Of a DNA stretch of 64,000 bases, positions 59,555-64,000 are shown one piece after another (the first letter of the stretch is position 1; every line of letters begins with the position of its first letter). Origin of the DNA: Blastocatellia bacterium (GTDB taxonomy: Bacteria > Acidobacteriota > Blastocatellia > UBA7656); NCBI GenBank assembly GCA_963765495.1, contig CAVXWP010000007.1:791650-855649 (forward strand). Direction: 5' to 3'. The position numbers were made by a program, and so were the translations under genes. The notes under the pieces were generated by a model. That model ran no database searches, was not told the origin of the DNA, and saw only the letters and a list, made by a program, of their open reading frames with translations.

Positions 59555-59622
59555 GCCACAGAGACACCGCAGGCACAGAGAAAAGATTATAAAAATCTCT
59601 GTGCCTGCGGTGCCTCTGTGGC
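59555..59622. repeat. REP-like near-perfect palindrome (GCCACAGAG...CTCTGTGGC)
   Basis: GCCACAGAGACACCGCAGGCACAGAGA-loop-TCTCTGTGCCTGCGGTGCCTCTGTGGC. Confidence 0.85.
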
Positions 59623-59682
59623 CGTTTTGAACTCTTAGCTTTTGGCTTTTCGCGTCTTTAGCGCACTGTAAGAGGAAAGCCT

Positions 59683-62097
59683 TTGATTATGAAAAAACTC
59701 CTTCGATCACATGTATTCCGTTACGGTCTTGCCATAGTCATAGTCGCGGCGACCTTGATTTTAGAGCTTCTCATTCGTCGCGTCTTCACGCTGAATCCGA
59801 CGATTCTTATTCTCGTAGCGGTGATATTGAGCGCCTGGTATGGAGGGCTGGGGCCGGGCATCATGTCGGCGGTTCTCTGGTCGTTTCTCGCGAGGTTATT
59901 TGTAGGCGAATCCCAACCCTTCTTTCCCTTACGGCTCTACCCTTCGGATCTGCCGAGGCTCATCATACTGACCCTGATCGCCCTCCTGGCAGGCTGGCTG
60001 CGGCGAGCAAGCGATGCTCGCAAGACACGCGCGCTACAGCAGGCGGCGATTGCCCGGCTGGGTCAGCTTGCGCTTGAAGGCACCCGCCTGCCCGATCTTA
60101 TGACAGAGACAACACGGCTGGTGACTGAAACGCTCGACGTTCGCCATTGCTCGATTCTGGAATACATGGCGGAAGAAGATTCGTTCCTTGTACTCTCGGG
60201 AACGGGATGGAAAGAGAGCCCGGATGGAAAAAGGATCATTGCGGCGAAAGATTCCATGGTGGGCTACACCCTGCAATCGGGCGAGTCGATGATCGCAAAT
60301 AATCTGGCGAAGGAGACACGTTTTCGAGTACACCCCGACCTGATCGAGTACAGGATACGTTCGAGCATGGTAGTGATCATTCGCGGATCGAAGCGCCCGT
60401 TTGGAGTGCTGGGCGCTCACGCTTTGCGAAAAGGCTTTTTTACAAAAGATGACATCAACTTTCTTCAATCGGTCGCAAACGTCCTGAGCGCGGCAATCGA
60501 GCGCAAGCGGGCGGAAGAAGACCTTCAAAACCAGCAGAAATGGCTCGAAAATGTGCTTGATCTCATGCCCACGCCCATGCTGCTTGTCGAACCCCACACG
60601 GCGATAGTGACTTTCGCAAACCGGGGCGCGGATGAGATGGCCGGAGGCGAATTTCCAAAGGGCAAACCGGCCGAAGAGTATCACACCGTCTATTATTGCA
60701 CCGACGAAAAAGGCAATCGCATACCCGATGAGGAGATGCCCGGAGTCCGCGCCTCAAGAGGCGAACGACTCGAAGGGTTCGAGATGGACTGGCACACGCC
60801 CGCCGGCAAGAAGTCGCTCATACTTTTCAGCGAAAACGTGCCCGCGATGCACGGCCATCCCTCGAGCGCGATTATCATGTTTCAGGACATAACAAACCTG
60901 AAGCAGATCGAAGCCGAGCTACAACAGGCCAACCGTCTCAAAGACGAATTTCTGGCGACCGTTTCGCACGAACTGCGCACGCCCTTAAATGCCATACTCG
61001 GATGGGCGAAGATGTTGAGGACATCGCGTCTGAGCGCCGATGTCTCCAGCCGCGCCCTCGAAACCATAGAGAGAAACGCGAGGGCGCAGGCGCAGATCAT
61101 CGAAGATATTCTGGATGTCTCGCGCATAATAACGGGCAAACTTCGCCTCGACGTGCAGACGGTAGAGATTTCCTCTGTCATCGAAGACGCGGTCGAGGCG
61201 ATTCGCCCCGCCTCCGACGCCAAAGCGATCAGGCTTCAGACGATGCTCGACAGCGAAGCAGGCCCGGTACTCGGCGACCCGGACAGGCTTCAGCAGGTAA
61301 TGTGGAACCTGCTTTCAAATGCCGTCAAATTTACACCGAAAGGCGGGCGTATACAGATCTCGCTCAAGAGCGTCAATTCTCATATCGAGATCACGGTGAG
61401 CGATACGGGCGAAGGCATAAATCCCGACTTTCTGCCTTATGTATTTGATCGGTTCCGTCAGGCTGACAGCACGCTCACCAGATCGCATGGCGGGCTTGGG
61501 CTTGGGCTTGCCATCGTGCGGCATCTTGTGGAACTGCACGGAGGCACTGTCTCGGTCTATAGCGGAGGCAGGGGAACAGGCGCTACGTTTAAGGTCGAGC
61601 TTCCCGTATCTATAACACGCGATATGTCTTCGATTCGCATCGGCGCGGAGCGGGTGAGCAAAGCGATAGGCCATCGTGGTTTCGCTCTTACGCCTCCCGC
61701 TTCTCTTGATGGACTGAGCATTCTGATCGTCGACGATGATGCGGATGCGCGGGATCTGCTTACAACTATGCTCGGAGAGCTTGGAGCCAGTGTGACGACT
61801 GCGTCGTCTGCCGCCGAAGCAGTTTCGGCCCTTCAAGTTGTAAAGCCGGATATACTGGTGAGCGATATCGAGATGCCCGAAGAGGACGGCTATTCGCTCA
61901 TTCGCAGAATCAGAGCCGGGGAGGTTGAAACCAACGGATGGTTTCCGGCCATCGCGCTCACCGCGCATGCCAGAACAGAAGATCGGTTGCTTGCCCTGTC
62001 GGCGGGCTTTCAATCTCACGTAGTAAAACCTGTTGAGCCCGCAGAACTGGCCGCGGTCATATCGAGCCTAACCCGAAGAACCGGTAGACAGGATTGA
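59683..62097 (+). CDS. Membrane hybrid histidine kinase (DUF4118-like TM, GAF, PAS, HisKA, HATPase, REC)
   Basis: VSHELRTPLNAI, NLLSNAVKFT, DTGEGI, GGLGLGL, SDIEMP, KPVE. Confidence 0.92.
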   Translation: MIMKKLLRSHVFRYGLAIVIVAATLILELLIRRVFTLNPTILILVAVILSAWYGGLGPGIMSAVLWSFLARLFVGESQPFFPLRLYPSDLPRLIILTLIALLAGWLRRASDARKTRALQQAAIARLGQLALEGTRLPDLMTETTRLVTETLDVRHCSILEYMAEEDSFLVLSGTGWKESPDGKRIIAAKDSMVGYTLQSGESMIANNLAKETRFRVHPDLIEYRIRSSMVVIIRGSKRPFGVLGAHALRKGFFTKDDINFLQSVANVLSAAIERKRAEEDLQNQQKWLENVLDLMPTPMLLVEPHTAIVTFANRGADEMAGGEFPKGKPAEEYHTVYYCTDEKGNRIPDEEMPGVRASRGERLEGFEMDWHTPAGKKSLILFSENVPAMHGHPSSAIIMFQDITNLKQIEAELQQANRLKDEFLATVSHELRTPLNAILGWAKMLRTSRLSADVSSRALETIERNARAQAQIIEDILDVSRIITGKLRLDVQTVEISSVIEDAVEAIRPASDAKAIRLQTMLDSEAGPVLGDPDRLQQVMWNLLSNAVKFTPKGGRIQISLKSVNSHIEITVSDTGEGINPDFLPYVFDRFRQADSTLTRSHGGLGLGLAIVRHLVELHGGTVSVYSGGRGTGATFKVELPVSITRDMSSIRIGAERVSKAIGHRGFALTPPASLDGLSILIVDDDADARDLLTTMLGELGASVTTASSAAEAVSALQVVKPDILVSDIEMPEEDGYSLIRRIRAGEVETNGWFPAIALTAHARTEDRLLALSAGFQSHVVKPVEPAELAAVISSLTRRTGRQD

Positions 62098-62159
62098 CAG
62101 GATTTCTGAAAGATTCAACAAGATTTTTCTTGATCTTCTTGAATCCTGTTAATCCTGTC
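62087..62159. repeat. REP-like palindrome (GACAGGATT / AATCCTGTC), overlapping the kinase stop codon
   Basis: GACAGGATTGACAGGATT ... AATCCTGTTAATCCTGTC, between convergent genes. Confidence 0.8.
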
Positions 62160-62178
62160 AAAAAAATAGAGTCCATTG

Positions 62179-64000
62179 TCAGGTAGTCAACCGGCTATAG
62201 ATGCCGGGCAATCGTTCGGGCAGGCTCAATACGTCGTCAATTATCGTATAGCCCACCTCGCCGTACATATCCCTGAGCTGGTCTTCCGACTCGCGGTCAA
62301 TCGTGATGCAAAACGGCGTTATGCCTTCGAGCCGCGCCTGTCTGAGCGCCATGCGCGTGTCTTCGCGAGCATAGCGGCTGTCGCCATAATCGTGGTCATA
62401 GGGGCGACCGTCCGAAAGCACTATCAACAATCGCGTGCGCGCATCCTGTCGGGCGAGCCGTGTCGCGGCGTGGCGAATCGCCGCGCCCAGGCGCGTGTTG
62501 TTTTGATAGGTGATGCCGCCTATGCGCCGCTCTATTTCCGCCGAGTAGCTTTCGGAAAAATCCTTTATCACATAGAACTTCACATTGCGGCGGCCCTCGC
62601 TTGTGAAGCCCTGCATCGAATAGGCATCTCCCACGGCTTCGAGCGCCTCGCTCATCAGGACAAGCCCTTCCTTCTCTATGTCGATTATGCGCTGGCCCGG
62701 CTGCGTGTAAGGATGATTCGGATACCGGCTGATAGTCCGCGCCGTCGAACTCGACATATCGAGCAGGAATGAAACGGCCACATCGCGCTCGCGTCTGAGC
62801 TTTCTCGTGTAGAGGCGGTCATCAATAAGCCCGGTCGAGCGTTTGTCGAGCGCGTAATCGATCACGGCCTGTAAATCGTAATCTTCCCCGTCTATCTCGC
62901 CGCGAATGCGTCGCAGATTTTCCGGCCTCAGCAATTGAAACTGATACCTGATCGAAGAGATTATCCCCGCAAAGCGACTGCGGACCATCTCTACAAACCC
63001 GCGCGACCCGCGCGCGCCCGCTCTCTCTACCACGCGGCACCATCGAGTGCGGTAATCTCCAAGCTCGCGGTCCCATTCGTCGTAATAGAAGGCGCGGTCG
63101 CCTTTTTCGAGATCCTGCTCCTGGCTCTCGGCGTTGGTCACGCGGCTGAACATATCCTGATCGGGCGATATCTCTTGCGTCTGCCCCGATGCCCAGTAAC
63201 TGAGCGGGTCTTCGCGTGTTTGAATCTGCTGACGCTGTTCGCTCTGCTCGGCGCTTGAGTCGGATGACGCTCCCTGCTCGCCCTCGCCCTGGTTTCCTTC
63301 GCTTGATGACTGATCGCTTTCGGAATCGGATTGATTGGGCTGCTCGACGAAGAAATCATAGATCAGCCTCGTAGCGATCAGAGAATCGGCTACGGTCGCA
63401 TCCTGCCGGAATATGTAATCCGCAAAGATGCGTTCGAGGTCGCGAACTACGGTCGGGTACGTCCTTCGCGCCTGTTCGGTCGCGCCTCCGCAGATCGAAA
63501 TCTGAAACAGAAGCTCGAAGGCCACGATGTCGGCCGGAATTCTTTCGAGATCGGGGCGACGCTCCACCAGCCGCCCCTGCACGAAATCAAGGTCTCGGCG
63601 GATGCCTCGATAGATCGAGCGCAGGAGAAAATCTATGCGCCCGTTTTCGACAGTCGAAAACAATCGGGTAGCCAGTTCCGGGTTTGGAAAGGCCGCAAGC
63701 ACGGTCAGGAATCCCACCCCTTCTGGAACGGCTGTGTCTGAGACGAGGCTTTTTTGTGCGGCTGACTTATGTCCGTTGCCCTTGCGTTTCTTTCTGAATG
63801 ATTCGCGGGTCTCGCGAGCGCGGCAATCGTTTCAGGCGTATCCTCTGCGTAGGTTTGAAACTCTATCTGGCCCGCCGCGTGGGCCGCGATTACTTTGAAG
63901 AGCCGGAAATTTTCGGCTTCGTCGTCAAACTCGGCTACCACCGATGGCAGATAGATCGTCTTGCCATCGCCTATCTTCGCTTCATCCGGTATGGATGTCA
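62179..64000 (-). CDS. NorD/CbbO-like VWA protein (MoxR AAA+ partner); 5'-truncated by the window and interrupted by an apparent 1-nt frameshift
   Basis: [42 protein letters not shown]; upstream frame reads [14 protein letters not shown]...FKVIAAH. Confidence 0.85.

Noticed and set aside
63749-63756. Programmed -1 frameshift at AAAAAAG
   Set aside because: Phase is C_AAA_AAA_G rather than the canonical A_AAA_AAG, and no obvious stimulatory hairpin follows; an indel is more parsimonious.

Overview
Housekeeping and envelope-rich chromosomal segment of a Gram-negative, moderately high-GC bacterium, most likely an Acidobacteriota/Blastocatellia member (inferred from ADOP-type duplicated permeases, three tandem secreted VWA proteins and an Oar-like TonB-dependent receptor). 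It has about 46 CDS: an AtuC/AtuF/AtuD-like acyl-CoA carboxylase cluster, signalling genes (multi-GAF hybrid kinase, HD-GYP regulator, Zn-ribbon/FHA/MshEN-like/FHA membrane protein), tatA, a GH3 NagZ-like enzyme with an SSS symporter, hup, tRNA-Sec, lpxC, murA, a sigma54-controlled MacAB-like operon and a frameshifted NorD/CbbO-like gene. I recognised no phage, transposase or CRISPR array. The most striking unexplained structure is intergenic. About 12 elements of 80-220 bp consist of inverted arms of tandem heptamers (six different heptamers) around conserved internal cores, and one 26-bp core recurs with completely different heptamer arms. Most arms place stop codons at 7-nt spacing facing inward and often supply the neighbouring gene's stop. 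About 8 REP-like palindromes, a candidate structured ncRNA (15460-15615) and several sigma54 promoters (including one at lpxC) are also present. All calls come from reading the sequence and motifs by eye; no database searches were run.
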